DNA of 64,000 bases. It comes from Octopus sinensis (lineage: Eukaryota). Position 1 is the first letter of the stretch, and each line of letters begins with the position of its first letter. Positions 1 through 13,415 of the stretch are shown one piece after another. The notes below the pieces were generated by a model that was given only the letters and a program-made list of their open reading frames with translations, searched no databases and was not told the origin of the DNA. The stretch is taken from positions 29,822,001 to 29,886,000 of the forward strand of contig NC_043002.1 in the NCBI RefSeq assembly GCF_006345805.1. The letters run 5' to 3'. A program made the translations under genes and the position numbers.

Positions 1-82
1 ACAATGCCTTTAGGTTTGTGGTCATACCAATGCATTTCTATTATATTATTATTATTATTTGTTGTTGTTGTTGTTATGATAA

Positions 83-190
83 CGGCAGTGAGCTGGCACA
101 ATCGTTAGCGCACTGGAAGAAATACTTAGCGATATTTCATTCGTCGTTTCATTCTGAGTTCAAATTCTGCCGAGGTCGACTTTGCTCACC
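83..190 (+). mobile_element. tRNA-derived SINE family A, 5' head fragment
   Basis: GGCAGTGAGCTGGCACAATCGTTAGCG...GTTCAAATTCTGCCGAGGTCGACTTTGC matches the heads of the copies at 29420(-), 60337(-) and 63647(-). GTTCAAATT is B-box-like. Confidence 0.75.
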
Positions 191-194
191 AAAA

Positions 195-550
195 GGTGAG
201 TAAGTATAAATATAAAAATTGACAAAATGTGAAACATCAAGACTAAAACAATACATGTAGTCATAGGTGCATTAAGAACGATAGCAAAAGAAGCTGATTC
301 CTACTTAGATAAGATACCATGAAACCTCAAAATGGCAGAAATTCAAAAGATAGTGCTCATGGGAACGGCCCATATCCTACATAATATACTGTCCGTGTAA
401 TCCCAAATTTGTAAAACGAACTTATAATTTTCTTATGTTTTCTGTAGAACAATATAATGTGCAAAACCAAATATATGACACCCTAGGCACAATACCAGCT
501 TGTGAGCCTCGGAATCAATTTGTACAAATTCAAAGCAAAGGTCAAGCATA
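195..550 (+). mobile_element. R4/Dong-like non-LTR retrotransposon, 3' end (RLE C-terminus + 3' UTR)
   Basis: Hand translation gives VIGALRTIAKEADSYLDKIP*NLKMAEIQKIVLMGTAHILHNILS, the VIGALG...LLGTAHIL C-terminus of RLE-clade elements. It runs directly into (TAA)n. Confidence 0.75.
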
Positions 551-558
551 AAATAATA

Positions 559-627
<69 letters not shown>

Positions 628-676
628 TAATAATAATAATAATAATAATAATTATAATAATAATATAATAATAATA

Positions 677-738
<62 letters not shown>

Positions 739-749
739 TAATAATAATA

Positions 750-790
<41 letters not shown>

Positions 791-803
791 GTAATAATAA
801 TAA
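551..803. repeat. (TAA)n microsatellite
   Basis: About 250 bp of near-perfect TAA repeat. Further (TAA/TAT)n tracts at 1467-1595, 7187-7213 and 37384-37490. Confidence 0.98.
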
Positions 804-804
804 T

Positions 805-1400
805 GTGATGATGAGAATGATTCTGAGGAAAGCAAAGGCTGGGTATGTATTCAAATGCCGCCAACAAAAAGTCAATCACTTGTTATTCATGGATGACTTC
901 AAACTTTATGGTAAAGATGAATCACAAGTCAGTTCCCTCGTTGATACGGTGTATACTTTCAGTGCTGATATCAGAATGGAGCTCGGACTGAGAAAGTGTG
1001 GTGTGTTATTCTGGAAGAGTGGCAAAATCAAATGTATAGACGGGCTAGCAATACCATCGGGGTAGTTTATGAAGCAGATAGAAGAGACGTGCTATAAGTA
1101 CTTAGGGATATTGGAAATAGATAAATTGATGGTAAAACAAATGACGGAAAATTTTAAGGTGGATTACTTTCGCAGACTGAGACTGATACTTAAGTCGAAA
1201 TTAAACGGACGGAATAAGATTGAAGCTATCAACACCTGGGCGGTTTCACTCCTTAGATATGGAGCATGGGTAATCATATGGATAGTAGACGAACTAAACA
1301 GCTTAGAGAGAAAGACAATGCTGTTGCTGACTAGATATGGGATACTGCACACAAAAAGTTACACGGGCAGACTATGTACCAAGAAAAAGGGTAAGAGGGC
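805..1400 (+). pseudogene. R4/Dong-like reverse transcriptase fragment
   Basis: ORFs 805-1065 and 1069-1422 carry KVNHLLFMDDFKLYGK (catalytic DD), YKYLGILE and AINTWAVSLLRYG, broken by an in-frame stop. Flanked on both sides by (TAA)n. Confidence 0.92.
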
Positions 1401-1465
1401 TGATTGGATGCTGACACCGTAGTACATCCCCAGCGTTAGAATCTGTGCAAAGACAATAAAGAATG

Positions 1466-1578
<113 letters not shown>

Positions 1579-1984
1579 TAACAATAATAATAATATTTTT
1601 AAAATTTTAAATTTTAAATTTTAATTATTTCTATACCCCTATTTATATATGACCTCTCTCTATATGCAGATTGCTTTGTCTACTCGGTCTCTTGCTGATA
1701 ACTCAATAATAATTATAGCTACGAAAGAAACATCAACATATGTCCATGGGCGGTGTCCAGTTAAAGAAGTAAACGTTGCAAAAACGGGCTCAAGACAAAT
1801 AACAAAACCATCCAAAAGAGAAACAACGATGGACAGATAACCATAAGTACTATGAAATAGTTGATTTATGATTTACACATACTACTATGTAACACTTTCC
1901 AAAAACATACCGTAAATACACAACCAATTTTAAAAAGCCCATAAAATGTGCTATAAAAGACCGATTTTCGACAGAAGACAAAGG

Positions 1985-2218
1985 TTACAAAAAAGCCTTA
2001 TGACATGATCCCACACTCATGGATAAGTGAATGCTTGAGTATATTCAATATAGCAGACAATATAAGATTATTAATTAGATATCTACTCTTATGGAATGAT
2101 AATATCAAAAGAGGAATTTTCCAGCGGGACTCGTTATCCCGTTTAATATTTGTCTTCTGTTTGATCCTCCTCACCTTAGCATTAAGGAAGGCAAAAGCAG
2201 GGTATCAGTTCAGAAATA
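1985..2218 (+). pseudogene. R4/Dong-like RT fragment, internally deleted
   Basis: YDMIPHSWISECL...IKRGIFQRDSLS motifs. It is a diverged inverted copy of the minus-strand fragment at about 2875-3140. Confidence 0.8.
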
Positions 2219-2229
2219 TGTCTTGTTGT

Positions 2230-3790
2230 GACTCTAACAGCTCTTAATAAAATTGTTCCCTTATTAACTACATAGTTATTATATATCTATTTTAGATAAC
2301 TCCACACAATCTTCTACTGATATTAGTCCTCTTCCACCTTCATTTCCGGGTAAGTATAGTCTTGTTATTCCTGCCCTTGGGTGAAGACCTCCATTCATAT
2401 TGGATTCCTTCCTACTTCTTCGGTCTAGCTTTGCAAATTCAGTTTTTTGTCCAGTGTACAAAAGTTGCTGAGTATCAAAGTAATGATACTACCCAAGTAT
2501 TTACAGCCTTCACTAGATTCGCACCATTTAGCTTTGACTTCATTAGCTTCCTCACCCTTCTGGTGTACTTCTCAATTTTCGTTTTCATTTCTTTAGTTAT
2601 TATTTTGTCAGATTGTAATACTCTTAGGTACTTTTAACGCTCTCCTTCCTTTAATGACTTTAATATCTGACCATCTGGTGATGAGATGCCTTCACTGTTG
2701 ACTAACTGTTCCCTGCTCATGACTAATATTGCACTCTTATCTATGCCAAATTCCATGCCTATATCTTTGCTGATGTGTCTTGAAATCTTTATTAAGGAAT
2801 TTATCTCGTATTCATTGCTACTAAGAAGCTTCAGATTATCCATGTAGTGCAAATGTTTAATCTTTCCCTTACTATTTTTAAACTGACACCCTCCTATGCC
2901 TTCTTTAGTACTAAACTAAAGGTGATCAAACATAAGACAATATTAAATGAATAACGAGTAACCTTGGAAAATTCCTCTTTTGATGTTAACTTCTCTAAGA
3001 GGGTGTCACCTGAGTAGAGATCTACTTTCCATTCCTTCATGCTAAATCTAATTAATTTTCTTATGATATCTGCTTTATTGAATATACTCAAACATTCACC
3101 TAATCATGAGTGTGGTATTATGTCATAGACTTTTTTGTACAATCTATCAATGCTACCGTTACCTTTTACTTTCTAGTTTTTACTTCATTTATAACTAATT
3201 TGTCTATGTATAATAGATCATGCGTTCCCCTGTACTTCTTCCTGCAGCCTTTCTGTTCATCTGGCAGTAAATTCTGGTTGTCAAGATGCTCGTAAATGCT
3301 TTCTGAAAGCATTCAGTTAACAGTTTCTACAGTAATGGTAAGCAAGTGATTGGTCTATAGTTGCTAGCTGTATTACCTTTATTCTTTTCTTTCATAAGTA
3401 TTCTCCTCCCTCTAATCATCAAATCTGGTATTATTCCTCCATTAAGGCAATCCTGAAGTTGTTCTCTCAGATTCACGTGTTAACTACTAAATTTCTTTAG
3501 CCAGTACCCTTGAACTAAATCTGGTCCTGGGCCCTTCCATTTCGGCGTTTGTCCTAACAGTTTACTCTTTATTGCACTAGTTACTCTTAGATCTGTCTGC
3601 TTCTCATTCACTACTCCTTCCCTTACTTTCTTTAACCACACTGCATCTCCATTATGAGTGACTAGCTTCTTTCTCCACTGTTTATTTGGTTATAACATCT
3701 CCTCTGGTCTATCTCGAATAATCTATTCTATTGATTATGGTATATTATTTTCTGATATCTGGAGAGTTTGACTGCTACTAGTGTTTCAAT
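2230..3790 (-). pseudogene. Decayed R4/Dong-like element 2 (pre-RT and RT region)
   Basis: ORF fragments HYMDNLKLL...IGMEFGIDKSA and GLHPRAGITRLYLPGNEGGRGLISVEDCVE, plus a KGPGPD-type motif near 3520-3540. Many stops and frameshifts. Confidence 0.85.
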
Positions 3791-3792
3791 TG

Positions 3793-6700
3793 CTACATAT
3801 ACTTCTCAAGATTTTTACTCACTGTTCCCAGGGCTCCCACAATTACTTGTACTACTACCACCTTTATCAGCAACCACAACTGCTTAACCTCCCAAGCTAG
3901 TCTGTCATATCTATCGACTTTTCTTTCTTCCTTGTCGCATACCTTATTGTCAGCTTGACATGCTATATCTATGATCCGGCATCGTTTACTTTCTTTCTCA
4001 ATTAACACTATGTTTTATTTCCTATTTCTTTATCACATGGTCTCACTGAATCATAAAATCCCATAGGATCTTTGCATTATCATTTTCGATGATGCCTTCG
4101 TACCGCTTTTTGCTCTGTCAAGTCCATACTTGTTGCAAAATGTCGAATGAACAATATTTTCTATGTTGTCATGACTTCTCTGATATTCATTCTGGGCTAG
4201 TGGCATACATTGACTGGTAATATGCCATACGTTTTCACCATTTTGTCCACAAATTCTGCACTTATCAGTTTCTGGTATATTGTCTGTTCTGTATTTGATA
4301 TAATTAGTTCTTAATGCTTGCTCTTAAGCAGCACATATTAGAGCCTCTGTTTCCGGATTTAAATGTCTTTTAGTCATCCATATCTATCTTTCTTCTCTGT
4401 CTGTTTTATTTTCAACATCCATGCATTCTTTTCTTTATCCATCTATGTTCAGTTTCATTTATTCTAAAGTGCTTGTACAGTGTTTTATCTTTGCAATCTT
4501 CCATCCTACAGAAGCATGACCTTCAACATTCCAATAATAGCGGTTCAGTGGCATTTTCTTTACATACCATGCTATGTTGTTTTCTTCTGCTCGAATGCTG
4601 TGTTCGCATCTAATCAGTCCTCTTGCCACTTTTTCGTGGGTTCTTAGAGTCTGTCATACATTTTTGTCTGGAGTATCCCATAACTAATCAGCAACATCAT
4701 TGTCTTTCTGTCTAAGCTCTTTATTTCGTCTACTGCCCATGCGATTACCCCCGTTCCATATGTAAGGAGTGAAACCGCCCAGGTGTTGGTAGCTTCAATC
4801 TTATTCGGTCGGTTGAATTTCGATTTCAGGATCAGTCTCAGTCTGCGCAAGTAGTCCACCTTAAAATTTTCTGTCATTTCTTTCTCCATTAATTTATTCA
4901 TTTCCAATATCCACAAGTGCTTATATCCCGTCTCTTCTATCTGCTTCATAACCTCCCCCGATGATATCGGTAGCCCGTCTATACATTTGATTTTGCCTCT
5001 CTTCAAGAATAACACACCACACCTTTTCATTCCGAACTCCATTTTGATATCAGCAATGAAAGTATACACTGTATCAATGAGGGAACTGACTTGCGATTCA
5101 TCTTTACCATAAAGTTTGAGATCATCCATGAATAACAAGTGGTTGACTTTCTGTTGGCGGCTCTTAAACATATTCCCAGCCTTTGCTTTCCTCAGAATCA
5201 GTGTTATTGGTATCATGCACCGTACAAAAATTAATGGGGACAGGCAGTCCCCTTGGAAGATACCTCCTCTGATTTCTATTGACACTAAGCTTCTTCCATA
5301 TGCCGTTTATTTCCGTCCTTCACTTCGCCATACTTTTTCCAAGCAATCGCTCAACATTCGACGCAATATGAAGTAGGTTCATACATTCCATAATCCAAGA
5401 AAGTGAGGGCATTTTGTACACCTTACGATAATCGAGCCATAACACGGCTAAGTTAGTTTTTGTCCTCTTTTAGCCTCTAAGCACATATATATCTACAGGA
5501 ATTGATCCTCGGTGCCTCTGCACTTATGTTTGCAACACTTCTACTCATGTGGTAGGGCTCTATTTTTTCCAGATGTCCGTACATTGACTCTGCGTCTATT
5601 CTAGTCAATAATTTCCACATAAATGACAAACAGGATATCGGCCAGTAATTGTCTACCGTATTGCCTTTTATGATGTTTTTCAAGCACAGCACTGACCTAC
5701 CCGTTGTCAGTCACTTTGGTGTTACTTGGTCGGCATTTAGCAAGGTGTTGAGCTGTGCAGCTATTCATGCAAGTCATTCACTAAATCTTTTGTTCCAGTA
5801 GCCTTGAACTCCATCTGGTCCTGAGGCCTTTCAGTTGCCCATTGTTTTATTGATTTCCTTCACTTCCTTAACTGAAATGACTAGTTCTGCCTGTTTTGCA
5901 CAGATTACTCTTTCTTTCAGATCTTGTAATTATTCAGCGTCATTCCTGTGCTTCTTGTCTTTGCTCCAGATGTCACTCCATAACCTTTGAATTTCAATGT
6001 CATCAGGTATAAACTTTTCATCTGTACACTCTCCATTTATTTTTTTGTAGTCTTTTCTGATCTACTCCGAATAAACCATTCTGCTGGTATCCCTTAATTC
6101 TTTGGTCGTATATTGCCATTTTTGCTTTCTTTGAAACGAGGCGCTTTTTCAGTTGCTCCATTAGCACTTTCAGGCACTTTCTTTCACTGTCATACTTCCT
6201 GTTAAGAGCCCTGTATTTCTGTTCGCTTTTAAGCTGCCCCATCAATTTTCGGTCTAACTGAGAAATGTCTTTCGAGAGCCCGCCTGTATTCTTCTTTTCC
6301 ACCATAGATCTTTTCTTCTGTCATTCCTATTATATTTCTTTTTCTTGACATCAACACCCACATTTTCTGCTACAATAATACTTGCTGCCTTGATCAAATT
6401 ATTTGTTTCTGTGATGTTTTTTGTTCTGATATATTTCAGAATGTCTGAAATATTTCATATTTTTCGTTTCTTGGTTCAATTTCCACCGATCAACCTTTTT
6501 AATGTTGCAAATAATATCACTATCGGTCTCCTGTAGCCTTGCCTTCATTCTGTCGTAGATTGCCGCTTATCCATCTATCACGTCACCATTAGTTTTATTG
6601 TCTTTTTCCAAACCATCTTTGTATCTGTCATCGAGCAAGCTATCACTGTTCGTTTCCTGTGGCTTATTAGCGATTTCACCTCTGTTTTCTGCTATGAGAT

Positions 6701-7185
6701 TACTTTTATTAGTAGGAACTGTATTTTCATCGTTTTCTCTGTTGCTGCTTTCCAATACCCGTCTTTTGATAGCTTCAAGCTCTACTTCTGTGAACCAACG
6801 TTTTTTTTATTGCTCTAGCCTGATCACATAATCTCTGTTCCCTGAGTTGAAACAATCCTATTTTTCTCCATTGATCATACACACGTTGTCGGTTTACCCT
6901 AATATGAACACCAGTTTCGTCTACAGGGTTGCTCAGGTAGTAACACTCTCTGACCACAACATTGACTTGTTTGTTCTACTCACGCCGTCTGTGCGGATCC
7001 CTTGCTGGATAACGACAGGCTGGAGTCGGACCAGTATCTCTGAGCCTGCCGGATGCAACACTGCTACCATCAAGGACTTCAGTTTCATTACCACAATTAT
7101 TCATAATATTTTGTTTTTTCATTGTCACTCATATGAGGTAGGGATTATCAGGTTATGCAATTACCAGTGTTTTTATTGTGATACC
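3793..7185 (-). mobile_element. Near full-length decayed R4/Dong-like RLE non-LTR retrotransposon
   Basis: In order on the minus strand: N-terminal ECYYLSNP...EQRLCDQARAI (6775-6957); [14 protein letters not shown]; RT GIFQGDCLSPL and NHLLFMDDLKLYGK (4644-5285); CCHC knuckle CRICGQNGENVWHITSQC..SHDN (about 4165-4266); restriction-like endonuclease IIDIAC..KEERKVDRYDRL..VIVGALGTV (3793-4008). The 5' end abuts (TAA)n. Confidence 0.93.
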
Positions 7186-7212
7186 TATTATTATTATTAT
7201 TATTATTATTAT

Positions 7213-7260
<48 letters not shown>

Positions 7261-7586
7261 CTGCAGTGACATCATTAACATTGCAATAAAAAAAAATATT
7301 AGTTTCACCATCACCACCACCACCACTGCACATCATACTGTGGTCTACTATCACCACTACAGCCACATTTCGAAATACCCCCAAACCAGTACCAATGATG
7401 TACAACATATCCATATCTACTAATACTGCAACTAACAACGCAACCAATGAACAGAGTTTAGATTTTTCAACCCACCCCACATTACCACCAGCACAATCAC
7501 GGTAGAAAAATAGTTAAATAATATCAATACCTCCTCCGCCATTTCATATGATTAGATATACCACCATACCCACTTTCGCCACTTCA

Positions 7587-7809
7587 CATGAGATGGCGTG
7601 CTAAAAAGTTCCTGCCTTGAAGGGTCTCGTGAAAGGCCTGGCTGGAAGCCCAACAATCTAAGTTCTTTTACAGGGCTTAGAAAAAACCGAAGGACTGCTG
7701 CAATAAGTGTGTGAATTTGAGGGGGTATATGTTGAATAAAATCATAATTAACTGATCCGGCTGTATTTTCTGCTACGCAAAGCCCGGAACTTTTCAGCGC
7801 CACCTCGTA
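7587..7809 (+). mobile_element. Mariner-derived MITE
   Basis: Imperfect TIRs: left GAGATGGCGTGCTAAAAAGTTCCTG, right (reverse complement) TACGAGGTGGCGCTGAAAAGTTCCGG. The interior encodes NKCVNLRG-YVE*, the C-terminus of a mariner transposase. Confidence 0.8.
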
Positions 7810-9059
7810 CATGGATCAACACCACTACCACCATTACCACTGCTCACGCCTAAATCTACCAACAGTACCACCACCACAAAACACATACCACTATCATCAC
7901 TAACATTACTTCCACCAACACCAGCACCACTACCACCACCGCTGCTGCCGCCGCCAACGCCTTCATCTACGCCACCACCACCACCAGAAACTGTGCACAC
8001 AAGAAACTCACCCGTGCCTACACCGCCTCTGCATACTATTAAATCTAACAACGTCACCGCCACCACTACCATCTCCACTATCTATCCCCACGAGTAGATT
8101 TATCAATACCACCACTGCCACCACCACCACCACCACGACATAGAACTAAATCTATCATCAGCACCACCACCAAATCCACCACCACCAAATCCACCACCAC
8201 CAACACCACCACCACCACTATCATTGCCATTGCAGACAGCTAAACCACTACCACCACCACTACCCTACGTCGTAGCTCCACCACTAAACCTCACCCAATG
8301 TCGCACCATACTTACCCAAGCTATATATATAAATATATAAATATATATATATATGTATATATATTATTTTATATAGTATTTTCGGGGGTTGTTTCTTTGG
8401 TATATTACTTTTTGTAAAGTTATTTAACGTTATTTATATATATATATATTTTTTTTTAACTTTCAACCTATCGATTAAGTAGTAATTGTGTGCCCCTAGA
8501 AATGAATTCTTAGTATAAAGGGATACAAGATACAACAACAATCACAATAACAACAGCAACTGCAACAATAACACCACCAACAACAACAACAACAACAACA
8601 AGTAGAACAGTAGCTTCTGCAGCAACAGCAATATAGATGACAAGTAAAACGGGGCGTATATAATTGTTTGCGGTATTCTTTATTGTTTTGCTTCTTTATT
8701 TTTTTAATCTAAGCATGTATGTGTATGTACATAAGCAGATTTATGCATGTGTGAATGATTGTATGTATGCGGTTCTATATACATTTGCTTGTATGAATGC
8801 ATATATGATTGCTTGCATGCATGTTCGCGTGTGCATGTATGATTGTATGTATAGAAATATGTAAGTACGCATGTAGGCAGGTATGAACGTAGGGAAGCAT
8901 TTACGCTTGTAATTAGATATATAACACGGTGTATGATTGTATGTATATGTATGTATGAATGTATGCATATCAATGTATGTATGTATATATGTATGTATGA
9001 TTGTATGTATACCAATGTATCTATATATGTATGTAATGTACCTACGTCTGAATACAATG

Positions 9060-9101
<42 letters not shown>

Positions 9102-9132
9102 CATATATATATATATATATTTATATGTATAT

Positions 9133-9198
<66 letters not shown>

Positions 9199-9304
9199 AC
9201 ACATAAATACACATAGATGCATCGGTATGTACACACGTTAATTTGTATGTATTAATACGTTTATATTTATGTATGTGTATATATACATTCATATATATAT
9301 ATAT

Positions 9305-9370
<66 letters not shown>

Positions 9371-9445
9371 TGTGTGTGTGTGTATATATATATATCATAT
9401 ATGTATATATCTATATGTCTATATCTGTGTGTATATATATATATA

Positions 9446-9491
<46 letters not shown>

Positions 9492-9526
9492 ATATATATA
9501 TATATATGTATATATTATATTATATT

Positions 9527-9577
<51 letters not shown>
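9060..9577. repeat. Compound (TA)n/(TG)n microsatellite field (representative)
   Basis: Direct inspection. Similar fields at 10500-11100, 11500-12050, 16400-17240, 24880-25770, 30770-31030, 38300-38540 and 49130-49370. Confidence 0.97.
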
Positions 9578-9578
<1 letters not shown>

Positions 9579-10538
9579 AGTGTGTGGAATTCAATAAGAA
9601 GCTGTGATGAAGTAAGCATCAACACCATTCACAGATATTCCTACTAGTTATAATTTTTTTCCTCTTTGTTAGATACTTTTTGTTATGTGTTGTCTTCTTT
9701 AATACCTATTTCAGTTCATTCACCATTTTTAATTACTCGACATCCCTCTATATTTATAACTCCTTTCCCCCACACATTGAAACACACCGAAAAATATTAC
9801 ACATACACATACACAAACGCATATAGATCTATTCACACACCCACACACAGGCACAAACATGCAAATATATATGTTCATATATATATATATATATGATATA
9901 TATATATATATAAGTATATATATATAAATGCATGTTATATACTCTATATACCCGTATATATATATACATACGTGTTTGTGAGTGTCTGTGCGAATGGATG
10001 AATTTGTGTATATGTGTACACATATGAATATATACATACACAATTGTATATATGCATATATATATATTATGTGTGTTATGTTATGCTATTGTTCGTCTCC
10101 CAGTAGCATTCACACTTTCACTGCAGAATGCTCCAATGCTGCGCTACGTTTCAGTTAGTTTTGCGCTCATCTTTTTGTTCTGCATGTCTTTTGTTGGCAG
10201 CGGAAAGACATGCAACGTTTGCTAGAGGCTGTATAAAGAAATATAAATAAAGGATGACTGCAGTTGTTGTCTCTTTATTATTTACAAGGCTATTGGTTTG
10301 TTTGTTTTTCTGTGTGTTTCTCTATTGACTTATCTGTGTGCCTGTGTGTAGAAGGAGAGAGAGAGAGAGAGGAAGAGAGACAGAGACATTAGAGAGAGAT
10401 CATCCTAATGTGAAAGTTTGCATCCTTATGTGTGGGTTATGTGTTTCGATGCATTGTATGTGTATTTGTCATTCTGTCTGCCTCTCCTGCATAAGTATGT
10501 ATGTATGTGTACATGCATATATATATATGTATGTATTA

Positions 10539-10569
<31 letters not shown>

Positions 10570-10914
10570 GTGTGTGTGTGTGTGTGTATGTGTATGTATA
10601 TATGCATATTTTTATGTATATATATATATATGCCTTTATATATATATAATATAATATAATGTATATACATATAAAACATTAATATATATGTTGATATATT
10701 TCTACGTACATATTAAATTTATATTTATCTATCTATGTATATTGTCGTTTGATAGCTAACAATATTATTGAAGAGTTAATCTGAAGCCGAACGTTTCGTG
10801 TCAACGCCATTGTAAATCGTTACATACTCTCCTTCAAGTATTGAGTTTTCTTCTGTCTCTAGCATAACTCTATACCTGTCTCTATTCATACACACAAACA
10901 CACACAAACATATA

Positions 10915-10982
<68 letters not shown>

Positions 10983-11547
10983 ATATATACATATATATAT
11001 ACGTATATTTCTTATATATATATATATTATATAAGTGCATATAAATATAGCTACATTCATACACACAAACACAGACGCACATACACATATAGACACGCGT
11101 GCACACGCACACACGCGCACACACACACTTACATACACACAAACATGTATTAGCTGCATTAATTTTTCTTGTTTTTGGCTGGTTTTGTCGTATTTTTAAA
11201 TGTTTTCCGTTTTTTATCGCAGTTGATTGTCTGAATGTAGATTGGCGTTTTGAGACGTGTTTATAAAAGTGAGTAAATAGATTTTAGGGAGAGCAGACCA
11301 TAAGGAAAGGAGTCAGCGAGAGTAAATGAAAGAAGAAATAATATATACATATAAAGATTTCTATTTTAGAATTAGGTTTAAATAGATAATTCCTATTGAA
11401 AAGTATATAATCTTTCTCTCACCTCACTTTTTAAGCCTTTCTTTGTCTTTAACTCTATCTTTCTATCTATCTATCTATCTACATACATATACACACATAT
11501 ATGTGCATATTCATGCACATATGTAAGTAAACATACATACATACACG

Positions 11548-11599
<52 letters not shown>

Positions 11600-11720
11600 C
11601 ATACATACATACATACATTACATACATATATATGTATACATATATATACAGATTATATATATATATATATAATATATATATATATATAGTTAGATATCTA
11701 GCTAGCTAGATAGATAATAA

Positions 11721-11779
<59 letters not shown>

Positions 11780-11924
11780 TAGATCAATAGACTGATAAAT
11801 AGATAGATAAATAATATATGTAATATATGCATACGCTTATCCAGTTTTATATTTATACATCTATACATATATATCTATATAAACTATATGTATGTGTGTG
11901 TTTCTATATGTACGTATGTTTGTA

Positions 11925-11990
<66 letters not shown>

Positions 11991-12444
11991 CATACATACA
12001 TACATACATACATACATACATACATACATACATACATACATACAAAAAAATGTTCAGGCAAATTTTTGTCTTTTATGTGTTCATATAAGAATGGAGTCGT
12101 GTGTGCCGCGTGTGTATGTGTATGCTTGTGATAGAATGTATGTGTGTGTATGTTCGTCATTCGCGGTGCAATAGAGAAAAAAATATGTGAAGTATGACAA
12201 AATAAATAATAAGAATAAAAATAAAAAAGGAAAGAAATATGAACCATTTTGTAAATGTTAATTTAGTGAGAAGCCTTAAATTGACAATTTTTAAGGCGAT
12301 TTACAAGTTTCTTATTAATATAATGACATACATAGCGACATGAGCAGAACTGTGTGTCTTGTGTAGTCTTGCCTGGAGAATGTACGTACGTGAGAATATA
12401 CGAGTGTGTGGGTGACTCTGTGTGTATGAATGTGTGAGTGTTCT

Positions 12445-12478
<34 letters not shown>

Positions 12479-12487
12479 TGAGAGTGT

Positions 12488-12538
<51 letters not shown>

Positions 12539-13129
12539 GTTTTAGGTAAATTTAGGTGACTGGGATTCTCAGTGCGATGTTAAAAAAATATAATTCTGTG
12601 AAATAGAATATGTAAAATATATCACTGTGTGATTGAATTACTATAAGAAAGATATATATATTTTTTTTCAGTTGCAAAGGAAATGTATAAGAAGAGTAAA
12701 TAGACAGATAAATAAATATCTAATGGCTGAAAAGGTAGTGAGTTTGTTTAAAGCTTATCATAGATATGTTAGGCGCGAGAATTTTCCTTCTGTGTTCAAT
12801 TCCTGCGACGGTCGATTTTGCGTTTAATCTTATTGCGGCAGAAAAAATAAAATACCATTTTCATGTACAATGAACCTGTACTTTGGAAATCGAAATTGAA
12901 ATTATTCATGCACCAAAGTATTTCTTAAACGTTCAACCAGATCGCCGAATAATGTATGAACTGACAAATATTCTAGCCATTTCAGCTTAGTGTTATTTTG
13001 TGACTGGTTTAAATAGCGTTTGCTTTGAAGACGCCTGATGGTCGTCTGCATAGTAGCCGATGAGCTATAGGACGAATCAAAAAAATCGCTGTAAGTTTCC
13101 TGTTTCCCAATGCATGCTAATCAAAATCA

Positions 13130-13415
13130 TATGAATAGATTTGGTTGACGGAAATTCAAAAAAAAGCGCGTCACATTTACATACATAAGTACATACGAAC
13201 GTATTTATGCGTGTGTGTGTCCATGCGCGTTGTTGCTTGTGTTTCTTCCCCACCACTGCTTGATAACCAGTATCGGTATTTTTACGGTTCCGTGACTTAT
13301 TGTTTCGATAATAGATACCAGACTTACAGATAAGTACTGGAGACGAATCCTTCGACTTAACCATTGAAGGCAGTTCCCTGGTATGACTTTAGTCCAGTGA
13401 CTGGGACAAGTAAAC
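13130..13415 (+). mobile_element. SINE family B, degraded copy
   Basis: GATTTGGTTGACGGAAA...CCCCACCACTGCTTGATAACC...AAGGCAGTTCCCTGGTATGAC..CAGTGACTGGGACAAGTAAA aligns to the full copy at 59071-59603. Confidence 0.7.

Noticed and set aside
10780-10840. Possible hammerhead on the minus strand (CTTGAAGGAG...CACGAAACGTTC)
   Set aside because: The core deviates from CUGANGA and no stem I can be formed.
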